From contig NC_043003.1 of the NCBI RefSeq assembly GCF_006345805.1, positions 60,016,001 through 60,080,000 on the forward strand: 64,000 nt of DNA. Direction: 5' to 3'. Shown here piece after piece: positions 28,301-39,752 of the stretch. The stretch comes from Octopus sinensis (taxonomy: Eukaryota). Numbering within the stretch: the first letter of the stretch is position 1; each line of letters opens with the position of its first letter. The notes under the pieces are model-generated. The model was not told the DNA's origin and made no database searches. It saw nothing but the letters and a program-made list of their open reading frames with translations. The position numbers and the translations under genes are program-made.

Positions 28301-28319
28301 CGACAGCTCTTCAATATCT

Positions 28320-28580
28320 TTCCGAAGGACCTGAGAGACCAGTATGGGGTGGATGTAGGTGCCTTCAAAAGCAAGCTGGACCTCTTCCTGTCAGGTGTCC
28401 CAGATGAACCAACTTAGCGGCAGGAGGTGCAGATGAGGTTAGCTGCATCAAACTCTTATGCACCAAATGTCAATTGCTAAAAAACATTCGTAAAGTAAAA
28501 TTATGTAGCAACACCAAATGGTGGCGCCCCAGCATGGCTACAGCTCGTGAGCTAAAATGAGATGAAATAAAAAAAAAAAT
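28320..28580 (+). mobile_element. CR1-group LINE extreme 3' fragment
   Basis: Translates PKDLRDQYGVDVGAFKSKLDLFLSGVPDEPT, typical of a CR1-group ORF2 end (FK..LD.FL..PD.P). Followed by a short 3'UTR and an A-run. Confidence 0.7.
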
Positions 28581-28684
28581 TTTACGGATATACTTACACA
28601 TGTATATAGATAATATATAAAAAGTATACATGAGGATGGTAGTATTTTGTAGTCCGAGAAAGACAGGTCTGCGATTTCTTGCAG

Positions 28685-28927
28685 GACATCTGGCGCAAAT
28701 GATTTATTTATAGTGACTGAATGCGTGTGCAACACTTAGCTCTCCCCTTCTATCAAATCGAAGTTGGCGGGGCAGGTGCACGTTGTACCACACCTCAAAT
28801 GTAGAAATGATCGCAAAGCAACGTGAGAAGAAGCGTTATATTCAAGAACACGATGCATCACGTCCTCTAAGAATCGAGACTACGGTCCCGTGTGCAGCAC
28901 CGGAACCACTAGGTCAAACGCCCTTCC
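28685..28927 (-). mobile_element. tRNA-type SINE (family C-related head), degraded
   Basis: tattcaagaacacgatgcatcacgtcc...aatcgag...aaccactaggtcaaacgcc is the reverse complement of a C-type head. Confidence 0.5.
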
Positions 28928-29083
28928 TATAAACCATAGGTAAATAATAATGAAATAGTGTACTTGAAAGTACGAGAGACCTTTCTCTGACTGACATTTC
29001 ATGTCAGAGCGAAATAATTTAACATCGTTATGATGTGAGAGCACTGAGTAACGGAATAACGGGTTGGTAGAGTCTAATGTTGT

Positions 29084-29378
29084 GAAGGCGCGTGGCTTAG
29101 TGGTTAGGGCATTCAGCTCACTATCGCAAGGTTGTAAGTTCAATTCCCAGCAACGTGTTGTGTCCTTGAGCAAGACACTTTATTTCACTTTGTTCCAGTT
29201 CACTCAGCTTCCAAAAGTGAGTAGTACCTGTATTGAAAAAGGCTGGCGCTGTCACATTCTCTTACGATGAATGTCCCCGAATACTACATTAAGGGTACAT
29301 GTGTCTGTGGAGTGCTCACGTGCAGGCTGTTTCGTTGATCGGATCAATTGGAAATCTCGTCGTCGTAACAATCAGAGC
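29084..29378 (+). mobile_element. tRNA-type SINE, family C head with alternative 3' module
   Basis: A-box-like tggcttagtggtt and B-box-like agttcaattccc. 3' module gtggagtgctca...gttgatcggatcaattggaa..tcgtcgtcgtaac is shared with 42850-43188. Confidence 0.8.
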
Positions 29379-30337
29379 AAGGATATAATACATTAAAGAA
29401 ATGATCTGAAAGATTGTATCATGCATCTCTATGGCCACGCGAAATTTTATCTAGTGCTAATATATATATATATATAATTTCTTCTATTAATTATTCTGTA
29501 TGTTCTCTTATTTTTTTAAGTATCAAACTATTTCTGTTTTTGTTCTGATTAAGCTAAGAAAACTGTAAGCCTCTGTAGGTTTGGCTTTCTGATTCATTAA
29601 ACGCATACACATTCTCAGTTGTAATATCAACAAGAAAAGTCTTACATATTATGGTAATTTCAATGAATGGTACATGCATTCTTACAACTGTCATTTTTTC
29701 TTCAAAATATTGAGTTCATGCAAGATGTCTATGGAAAACAAACAGCAAATTTTTTACCCTGTCCTTTCCATCATAACAACATCCGATGTACTTCATAAAA
29801 GGCAGAAAGGAGGTCATATTCCTTTAAGTCCAAAAATTTCCTGTAAATGTTCAAACTTATTCGTTCAAAGCTGATTGACTATTGCATTGCGTATTTGTCT
29901 TCTTGGTAAGAAGCATTTCCAATGAAATAGAGATTCTTACCATTCTTTCTGTATTTAGACACAACGTATTGTCCAAAACCTTATCAAATTTCATAAATTC
30001 AGCCAGTAAGAATTTATTCAAAATAAAAAAAAATGGTACAATAATCTGTGACTGTATAATTGTTTCCTATTTTGTATATATTTGTGTTATTTCCTATAAA
30101 ACACTCGCAGAGTTATCTGCTCCTCGTCATATACTACCTGAATAGAAAAAAAGCGTAAGAAAACATTAAATTCATTACAACGAGTTAATTAACAGTTAAT
30201 TCTTGTTTACATTATTATAAAATATCGATAATGACTCACCTGGCTTTTCCTCTTGTAACTATTAGTAATAATAATAGTAATAATAATAATAATAACAATG
30301 ATGATGATGATGATGATGATGATGACGACGACGATGA

Positions 30338-30399
<62 letters not shown>

Positions 30400-30914
30400 G
30401 AGCCAAAGAACAACACTCGCTATCAAAGTAACACTGAGGTAGAAATTTACGCATCCCAATGTACCCATCACGATCCCCATCTAATGAGTGTACACCAGTT
30501 ACATGCATCACAAATATATGTGCTCGATATGGTGGTTACTATCAAGATAAACAATGCATGACTTTGCATGAGTGGCCCAGTTTGAATTTTCCTCAAGTCG
30601 AGTAGCCCATTTTACTCTAGACTCCTGAATAAGAATTGTTTAAGGATGATACACAAAACACCCATGCTTCCTGACTTGAATTATGCAAGCCCCAAATAAT
30701 TCCTCTGAAGACCTAGCTATGTTGCTCACCCACTACTACAGCTCGTGATCAGAGATGCAAATTTCGTCAGGGAGATTACCAAAAAGTTAAAGCAGATCTG
30801 TGGTATTGAACAGAATATTTGCTGTAGCCCATCTTTTCCACCAAGACAGGACATGCACATGCTAACATTTCCAATCAGTTAAGATCACATATGAGAACAA
30901 CAGCCTAGTAGGGC
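30400..30914 (-). mobile_element. ~550-bp unclassified element, copy 2
   Basis: Collinear with 18533-19087; bounded by (ATT)n on both sides. Confidence 0.8.
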
Positions 30915-30935
30915 ATTATTATTATTATTATTATC

Positions 30936-31534
30936 ATATGTTTGACTTTTGCTTTATATTTGTACAAGTTGGCTCCAAGTCTCACCCGGAGACCTCAAGA
31001 GACAACAGGTTGGAATATCACGTTGTTGTTATGTCTAGTATGCCATATATTTGGTTGTTTTTTGTGTTGTACTAGTGGATGTCTAAAAACAAATGTTTGT
31101 TTTAAACCTTGAGATTACATAGAAAGTATTTTGCGTAGGATATGAGCAGTTCCCATGAGCACTATCTTTTGAATTTCTGCCAATTTTGGGTTCCCTGGTA
31201 TCTGAGTTAGATAGCAATCAGCCCCTTTTGCTATCATTCCCAGGGCACCTATGACAACAGGTATTGTTTAGTCTTCAGGTTCCACATTTTGCTGATTTCT
31301 ATTTCAAGATCTTTATATTTGCTCAGTTTTTGGTAGGTCTTGACAGATACGTTTATATCGATTGGGACAGTCATATCAATGTGGAGGCATGTTCTTTGTT
31401 TGAAGTCTTTCAATATGATGTCTAGCCTATTTGCATCTATCTTTCTGTCAGTTTGAATGGTGAAGTTCCAGAGGAGTGAGATGTGGTTATTTTCAAGCAC
31501 TGGGGGTGGTTTGTGTTCCCACCAGTTTTTTCAT

Positions 31535-31536
<2 letters not shown>
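30936..31536 (-). mobile_element. R4/Dong-clade non-LTR retrotransposon, 5'-truncated (restriction-like endonuclease + 3'UTR)
   Basis: ORF 31249..31500: LLWNFTIQTDRKIDANRLDIILKDFKQRTCLHIDMTVPIDINVSVKTYQKLSKYKDLEIEISKMWNLKT, an R4-type PD-(D/E)xK RLE domain. Flanked by (ATT)n at 30915-30935 and 31537-31585. Confidence 0.88.
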
Positions 31537-31585
<49 letters not shown>

Positions 31586-31586
<1 letters not shown>

Positions 31587-33970
31587 AGTTGCTATCAGCC
31601 TAGTGGCTGTAATAATGATAAGAATTTTCTCATCAGATGAGCTGTCGATGTTAGTGAAATCTTTTGGACAACGTGTATAGTTGATTTTTCCAGTTAGTTT
31701 ATGAAAGAATATTGATATCCCGTTTAAACCGTGTCTAGTACTCCTACAACTACCGATAGAATAACAATCTTCAGTTCCCACATTCTGCTGAATTCTATCT
31801 CTAGGTTCTTGTATTTAGCTAACTTTTCGAATTCTTTGACTGTGATATCTCGATCTGCTACTACAGTCATATCTATTTGATAGCAGGCATTTTATGGTTT
31901 ATCTTTTATCATTTGCATCTAAGTTTAGTTAGCTTTTATACCTCTATACCTCTTTAATGGCAGAAATATTTTGCTCCCTTTGTGTTGATTTACAAGCTGT
32001 ACCAATCCTAACCCGGGCGTAGTTAGTCTGGATGTATGAATTAAACCGTGCTGTGGTGGTCTTGTCGGTTAATTCTAACGGGAAAAGGCTTCTACCAACC
32101 GCTCTTCGGGGAACGTAGATTGTATGAATAACAGCTTTTAGATTATGCATCTTACTTGCTGTCATTATTTTTCTCATTTTTATATCCATTCATTGGAGTT
32201 TATTTATATTCCAGTTTAATTATATTATAACCGTACCACTGAAACAGCAAGCGAATTAATGGCTTGAATCCCCTTCGTTCTATTTTTGGAATTTAGATCT
32301 ATTTTCATGCTCAGTCTTATGCCCCTATAATATTCTTTCCTGACTTATTTTTTCATCGCACTGTGTTGGATCCCTTTCCTTTTATATATTCCCAGATATT
32401 TCTATGCTCCATTTTGGTTTAATTCTTTGATGATAGTGTTGTTATTTAGCGTTAAAGACAACGTAGAAAAATGAGTTTTCTTGTTCAAATGTTGCTTCGT
32501 CTCACTTACCTAAACCCAGTTCCGTGCTAATGTTGTCACTAAAAGGAAGGCGGCAGCCAGGCAGAATGGTTACCGTGCTGGAAATATGCTTAGCGGCAAT
32601 TCTTCTAACTTAACGTCGTAAGTTCAAATTTTGCCGAAGTCAAATTTGACTTTCATCTCTTTGGGATCTATAGAATAAGTAGTAGTTGAGTACTGAGCTC
32701 GATGAAATCGGCTTAAGCTCACCTAAAAATTGCTGGCAAAATTTGAAATCAATATTATACTAAAACTTTTCACGGTTTTAAGCAAACCTTCCAGATAATT
32801 TTTTTTTTTGCATATAGTTTGAGCTCAACCATATAAAAAAAGGTTTTAGTTGGTTTTATCAAAGATATTGTATTCATATTGTGTATGGTTCAGCTCATGT
32901 GACAGAGGTATGAGGGCTAAGCAAAAAAAGTAATGGGGACACTGAGACTCCTTGGCATATACCTCCGTTAATCTTTATACACCTTCGGATACTACACGGT
33001 GATCTACCCCAGTTACACTAAGGTTTCCTATCTGTTGATTATTGATAAAATTCGTATATTTCCCCAGATATGGAAGTCTGCACTTTGACGTCTTAGTAGA
33101 GACTTTCTCTCACTTGGATTAGACACGATTGCCAAAGACTGTCATTAATGTTTCCTCTTAACGACCACTGCATTCGAATAGTCTGATGGTCTCTGCTAGA
33201 AAGATTGGGGTTTGATGCAGCAAGCAAGCATCCTTCGGAGTCCACGTTGAATCGTATGCTTTTCAGCTAATGCTGCATCTTTTCCCTTTCGATTCCCAAC
33301 AAGCACAGTTTCTTTTTCTTCAGATATTGCCCATATAGGGTGTTTCCTTGTCACCCCTTTAACATGGAATTCTATAGCACTATTTTTTTAAGATTTCCCT
33401 CCCTTTCACAATTTCATTGCTCTTAACATCTCTGCTCACAACTATCTTGTCATTCCCACTTTTGAGTTAGCACTTATTCATATTCAGATAACTGCTTACA
33501 TTTGTTTTTATCTGTACTTTGCAGCACCTATATTAACTCACAGTTATTCTTCGCAGAGTATTTTCCTCATCTAACAGCAGTTATGTTGTAATAATTTTCT
33601 CGTTGCATACAAGCCCTACTTCATTAAATACATGAATCAAATTTATAACTCTAATTTTGGTGGTGTATTTTAAATACAGTCACTCCTGATTTTCTGCCTT
33701 GTCTTGCCTATGCATTTAGAATCTAAGAATATTATAGCTGCACTATGACAACTACTACCGCATTTTGTTTGTTTTTTAGTCTATCTTAAGTCTTAATCTA
33801 AAGTATCAATAATATTTATTTCTTACTCGTTCTATAATTTCTACATTTTAATCTGCGTAATACATTAATTCCTAAGAATTTACAAGTTTGTGTTGATCTA
33901 ATTCTATATCTACATTTCTTTACATAGCAAGATATTAGTGTTCTTAATTAAAATGCCTCTCTTCAAGAGT
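31586..33970 (-). mobile_element. R4/Dong-clade retrotransposon remnant(s): RT and RLE pieces, internally deleted, interrupted by a SINE
   Basis: Minus-strand translations: INGGICQGVSVSPLLFCLALIPLSHELN...YMVELKLYAK (~32975-32810; RT GI.QGD.LSP and YxDD regions), KYLGI..GIQH..MK..VRKEYYR...AINSLAV and MDIKMRKIMT...IYVPRRAVGRSL (32400-32050), IDMTV..D..I.VKEFEKLAKYKNLEIEFSRMWG (31880-31770). The distal part (33050-33970) is a weaker, possibly separate fragment. Confidence 0.8.
32547..32750 (+). mobile_element. SINE family B inserted into the R4 remnant
   Basis: aaggcggcagccaggcagaatggtt..gcttagcggc..agttcaaatttt.ccga.gtc..tttg...aaattgctggc. Confidence 0.75.
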
Positions 33971-34055
<85 letters not shown>

Positions 34056-34292
34056 TAATATTTCTACAGCTGTGCAACCACTCAATTATTTTATATGAAG
34101 AAAATGGTCTTCTGAGCACGACAGCAGCTAAACATCGTAGCTTTGGCATTCTAGTACAAATGGAAAAATTTAAGGTTAAAAAAAAATATTTCAAAATGTT
34201 AGAGTTCTTTATGTAAAACATTTCTCTCATTTTTCACTGCTTCTACAACAACATCAATATCAGCTGCTGCAGCAACAACAACAACAACAACA

Positions 34293-34333
<41 letters not shown>

Positions 34334-34369
34334 AAAATAATAATAATAATAATAGTAGTTGTAGTAATC

Positions 34370-34402
<33 letters not shown>

Positions 34403-34414
34403 ATAATAATAATA

Positions 34415-34470
<56 letters not shown>

Positions 34471-35165
34471 GCAGAACTGAAAACATGTTTCTCTCACAAT
34501 TCAATGAATTTTATTAATACGAAACTGAATAAGGTATCAAAAATTTCTCTCCATTTTTAATCTATTTGAATTATTTTTGTTTGATTTGATTAGTGGTACG
34601 TCGCTAAACTGAGAGGAAAAGTCTCATTTTCAACAGACAGAGACATATTTAGAACTTTTTGCACAAAGATATGAAGATAAAGAATTACTAGAACGTAAAA
34701 GAGTTCAGAATAAGAATGGTCAGACATCTAAATAATATTATGTAACTTTCATTCTCCTCTAATTTTATATATCGTTAAATACATTTTAGTATTTTATAAA
34801 TATAGTAATTTCATTGAAAGGTTAGTGGATATGGCTGTTAAAATTAAATCAATTTTTACACTCAACAAAAGTTATCCTATGACTTTCAAGATGCCTTACG
34901 TGGATTATTAATATAACAGCGAAATCATTTCCAAATATACAATCTAAAACATATTTTTAACAAAGGGAGAACACATTGAACCATACAACCCTAGGATATG
35001 CAAAAATATATAATCGGGAGGTTCATGTTTGAAACGTATTTGATAATACATCAACCGGATCAAGATTCAGCTGGAAACAAGGGACGACAACAACGACAAC
35101 AACAACAAAAAAAAAACACAGGAAAACAATAGCAAAACAATACATATACTTATTCATCTTTAAAT

Positions 35166-35360
35166 TGTTTCAGTCATTTGACCACAGCAATGTTGGAGCA
35201 TCACCGCGAAGAGTTAGCTTTTTAAAGTCTGGTACTTATTATTTATTCTATCGGTCTCTTTTTGCCGAACCGTTAAGTTTCTGGTACGTAAATGACCCTT
35301 CACAGGTTGTTAAGCGATGGTGGGTCACATGTACGATCACAAAAGACGCACAACACAGTT

Positions 35361-35422
<62 letters not shown>

Positions 35423-35551
35423 CGTTGGGCTGCTTTTAGCAAGGCTTTCGTCAGTCCAGGCCTATCATAGAAGACGTTTGTCCAAGGTTCAACACATTGG
35501 GTCTGAACCTGGAATCATGGAGCTGGGAAGCAAACTTCTTACAACATAGCT
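35166..35551 (-). mobile_element. Bipartite SINE family A
   Basis: tgtttcagtcatttgacc.cagc.atg.tggagca..., internal (TA)n, reverse-complement head. Confidence 0.8.
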
Positions 35552-36118
35552 AAATATTTATGGCTCTTTTCTTTTACTCACACTTACGGAATTTTAAAGA
35601 CTCTCTATGCGTTTACCATCTCTTGTATCAATGACATAGCCCCAGCATGGCCCCCGCCTCTGGCAGAAAGAAGCAAAAGTATTCTGTAATCGGAACAACT
35701 TTGACTTAGATTTACTTAAAGTCAACAAAACCCAGCGAGATAGATTCTTATTTGATTGTTTAATCCGATGGAAATATCTGTACATTTTCAGTAAAATTGT
35801 AACGAAACGTTGATCAATGCAGATGTACACACATAAATACAAATGCGCGCGCACACACAAATACAAACACGCACGAAGAAAAACTGGTCAACACTACAAA
35901 TTGTCTTATAATTCTGCCCAAGGCAAGCTGTTGGTATTCAACAAAGCGATGGGTTAAGTCTACCAACCAAACTGCTGCAGAGGGTTTGGAACCCAGAAAA
36001 CAAACATGAAGAATAGATACTGCAAGGAATGTTATACGACATTCTAAAGATTCCACTTAACATATCACCCTACAGTTGTAAAATGCATTCATCAGGGATC
36101 CAAAATGAATACCACGCG

Positions 36119-36290
36119 GAAATTTGACCGAGGCCCTATCGACTATTCTTATTTGATTCTGGATAAAATTTGACCTAACGACTATTCTTATTTGATACAG
36201 GATAAAATTTGACCTAACGACTATTCTTATTTGATACAGGACAAAATTTGACCTAACGACTATTCTTCGTTGATACAGGATGAAATTCGG
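36119..36290. repeat. 39-bp minisatellite, about 4 units
   Basis: Unit aaaatttgacctaacgactattcttatttgatacaggat at 36165, 36204 and 36243, plus a diverged first unit. Confidence 0.9.
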
Positions 36291-37289
36291 TTAAATATTA
36301 TGAAACACCAATAATGTCGATTATCAAGATTTTTACAAGGTTATACATTTTCAATAATAATCAGTTTCTTTGACTGGGATACACGACTGCAACTTAGGAT
36401 TGACTATATGGGAAGGATTAAAAGGATAGAATAGAACTATTTAACTAAAAACTTCATTAATCGATTGGGGCATAGGTTTGTCAGACAGAAAGCGACGCTT
36501 AATGTGAATAAAAATCTTCTAATAGTATCGTGTGTAACAATAACGGAACATTGCAAACAGTAAAACACCTGCCGCGTTGTCTTTATTTCCAAGAACTATG
36601 TGCTAATGCCGATTATGCAATGTAGAATGAAAATGCAGAGGAATGTAGTCATTTTCATCATAAGATAATTAACTTTGTGAAAAATACACTTGAAAACATT
36701 CAATTAAGTGAGTTGTAGAGAGTAGGCGAGAATTTATTTCAGTATATCTATTTAGCTTTCCGAGATCACAGTTCAGATACCGTTGAGGTCAACATTGCGT
36801 TGACCTCAACCTCCTTAGAGGGTTGAAAAGAAGCACTAATCAAATTGTGGAGTTGTCACCCGCACAAATATGCATACTCGCATGTATTTCTTTTTCAGTT
36901 TCACTCGAAATTGACTAGGTTACTGTGTGAGATAGTAACGAAACTGAGAATTTCTTTTATCGAAAGCAGAGAACAGTTGAGCGAATGCCGGAAAAATGGT
37001 TCTCTTAGTAAAAATGATACACTGGAAATCGTTTCACAACGGACGGGTATGCAGCATACGAGAAAACAAAAAGTGGGTACCAGTGACACCTGGCTTGTTG
37101 TTACTGGAGGTGATGTTGGAGTTTATCCTACAACAGAGCGCCGTCTCATTTCGAGAATAATTTTATAATCTTGGTTGCTTAAACGGCACGGAAACCAGGT
37201 AACAACACCGTATAGTGGCCCAGTAGGCTTATCCGAAAAGCGATATACTACTACTACTACTACTAGTAGTAGTAGTAGTAGTAGTAGTA

Positions 37290-37340
<51 letters not shown>

Positions 37341-37343
<3 letters not shown>

Positions 37344-38203
37344 GAGAGTAGACAAACTAAACAGCTTAGACGGAAAGACAAGGAGGTTGCTGACTAGATA
37401 CTCCACCCAATTTCATAGGGATGTTGAAGGTAAGATAGACAGAGAAAAAGATGGCTATGGATGTCTAAAAGTGATTTAAAACCGGAAACGGAGGCTCTAA
37501 TCTGTACTGCCCAAGAGCAAGCATTAAGAACCCGTTACATCAAATGCAGAATAAGCAACACATCAGAAAGTGATAAGTGCAGAATTTTTGGAGAAAATGG
37601 TGAAACCAGTCAATGTACACCACTAGCCCAGAAAGAATATAAGAGACGTCATGACAATATAGCAAGGATTGTCCTTTGGACACTTTGCAACAAGTATGGA
37701 CTGGAAAGAGCAAAAAATTGGTACTGACATGAACACGAAAGCATCTTCGAAAATGATAATGCAACGATTCTACGGGGCTTTATGTTTCAATGCGACCATG
37801 GGATAGAGAATAGGAAGCCAGATATAGTGTTAATTGTGAAAGAAAGCATGTTGGATCAAAGATATAGCATGCCCAGCTGACCACAAAGTATGCCATAAAA
37901 AAGAAAGAAAGTCGATAGATACGACAAGTTAGCTTGGGAGTTTAAGAAGTTGTGGTCGATGAAAAAGGTGATAGTAGTGTCAATAATTGTTGGATCTCTG
38001 GGAACAGTGAGTAAAAATCTTGAGAGGTACATGGAACAAAGAGAAGCTGCAATAAGGGTGGAGCAATTGCAGAAAACAACACTGCTTGGAACCGCTCGAA
38101 TACTCCGGGTGTTGCTCGAAAACTAAGGGGTGTTACCTTAGTTCACTGGTAGTGAACAGCTGACACAGTAGTACATCTCCAGCGTTAGAATCTGTGCAAA
38201 GGC
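37341..38203 (+). mobile_element. R4/Dong-clade retrotransposon, 5'-truncated (zinc-knuckle region + RLE + 3'UTR)
   Basis: WMSKSDLKPETEALICTAQEQALRTRYIK...DKCRIFGENGET..CTPLAQKEYKRRHDNIARIV, then NRKPDIVLI (RLE) and VSIIVGSLGTVSKNLE. (AAT)n immediately before 37341 and after 38203. Confidence 0.9.
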
Positions 38204-38224
38204 AATAATAATAATAATGATAAT

Positions 38225-38435
38225 GGCTTCAAATTATGGCACAAGGCCAGCAATTTAGGACAAGAGAGTAAGTCGATTACATCGACCTGTGTGCTCAAAT
38301 GGTACTTATTTTATCGATCCTTAAAGGATATAAGGCAAATTCGGCCTCAGCAGAAAATGAACTCAGAACATAAAGACGGACGGAAGACCGCTAAGCATTT
38401 TGGCCGGCACGGTAACGGTTTTGTCAGCTCGCAGC
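38225..38435 (-). mobile_element. SINE family B
   Basis: caaattatggcacaaggccagcaattt...ggtacttattttatcga...tgaactcagaac.taaagacggacg..accgctaagcatt is the reverse complement of family B. Confidence 0.8.
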
Positions 38436-38454
38436 ATTTATTATTACTATTACT

Positions 38455-38771
38455 GAGAGCAGTGCATGTCATCAAAATGAAACTGTGGTACAAATATACG
38501 AAGCTCAATATACCTATTGTGACTACCCTTGTGATAATGGCACCCCGGATAGAAGCCTCACAACCACATTGCGTGGCATGTTGAGCATATATCAAGATCA
38601 ACAGAGCATGACATTGCAGATGGGGTTGAGTTAGATTTTCTTCAGGTTGAATAGCTAATCCCACTGAAAAGTTTTGTTTAAGGATGACTGAAACACCCAT
38701 ATTCCTAGGGGTGAATTATTCAAACCCCTAAAGGTCACTCTGAACACCTGGTTATGATGTTCCCCCACTAA
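38455..38771 (-). mobile_element. ~550-bp unclassified element, copy 3 (truncated)
   Basis: Starts gagagcagtgcatgtcatcaaa after an ATT-type run; similarity stops about 320 bp in. Confidence 0.75.
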
Positions 38772-38817
38772 TCATAGACTGTTATGTTTGACACTCTTAG
38801 TTCCACATCTTGTTTTC

Positions 38818-38892
38818 ATTCTTCTTCTTCTTCTTCTTCTTCTTCTTCTTCTTCTTCTTCTTCTTCTTCTTCTTCTTCTTCTTCTTCTTCTT

Positions 38893-38975
<83 letters not shown>

Positions 38976-38992
38976 CATTATTATTATTATTA
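38818..38992. repeat. (TTC)n switching to (TTA)n
   Basis: Directly visible. Confidence 0.95.
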
Positions 38993-39012
38993 ATACTACA
39001 AGTAGTAGTATT

Positions 39013-39215
39013 AAGGCGGCGAGCTACCAGAATCGTTAGCACACCAGGCTAGCGGTATTTCCTGTCTCCGTGTCTCAGTTCAAATTGGCAGAGGTCATCT
39101 TTACCTGTCATCATTTCAGGATCGATAAATCAAGTACCAATTACACACTGGGGTCGTTGTAATCGATTGATCCCCTCCCCAAATTTTCAGGTCTTGTGCC
39201 TATAGTAGAACGGAT
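39013..39215 (+). mobile_element. SINE family B
   Basis: aaggcggcgagctaccagaatcgttagcac...cagttcaaatt...gatcgataaatcaagtacc...ggtcttgtgcc. Confidence 0.8.
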
Positions 39216-39234
39216 TCTTCTTATTATTATTACT

Positions 39235-39470
39235 GCGTGACAGGGAAGTGCATCCCACCAAAGTGACTCTGAGGTACAAGTATACGAAACCCGATACACC
39301 CATCCTGACTACCCTCCTGATAGGAGTACACTAAGCACATGCATTACAATCATATCAAGATAAACAGTACATGACCTTGCAGATGGTGCAAGAATTTTCT
39401 TCAGGTCGATTGGAAGTGTTATCATGTACATTGTTTAGTCTTTGTATAAAAGATGGTCTACAGCAAATAT
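39235..39470. mobile_element. ~550-bp unclassified element, copy 4, with internal inversion
   Basis: 39235-39409 is collinear with the start of copy 1. 39408-39470 (gattggaagtgttatcatgtacattgtt...ctacagcaaatat) is the reverse complement of copy 1 at ~18976-19040. Confidence 0.75.
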
Positions 39471-39568
39471 GAGATAAGATTTGAGCATCAGCAGGAAATT
39501 CATACTTTCATTTTCAAGCAGTATTGATAGTAAAATTCCTGATATATATGTGTATATATATACATATA

Positions 39569-39623
<55 letters not shown>

Positions 39624-39637
39624 ATATGTATATATAT

Positions 39638-39707
<70 letters not shown>

Positions 39708-39721
39708 GAATATAAACGTCA

Positions 39722-39752
<31 letters not shown>

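Noticed and set aside
36119-36290. CRISPR-like appearance of regular repeats
   Set aside because: The units are contiguous with no unique spacers, there are no cas genes, and the context is eukaryotic.
36782-36810. Perfect 12-bp inverted repeat gttgaggtcaac/gttgacctcaac
   Set aside because: It lies in a degraded SINE B-like segment (gaggtcaac..ttg); probably a local fold-back copy with no evidence of function.
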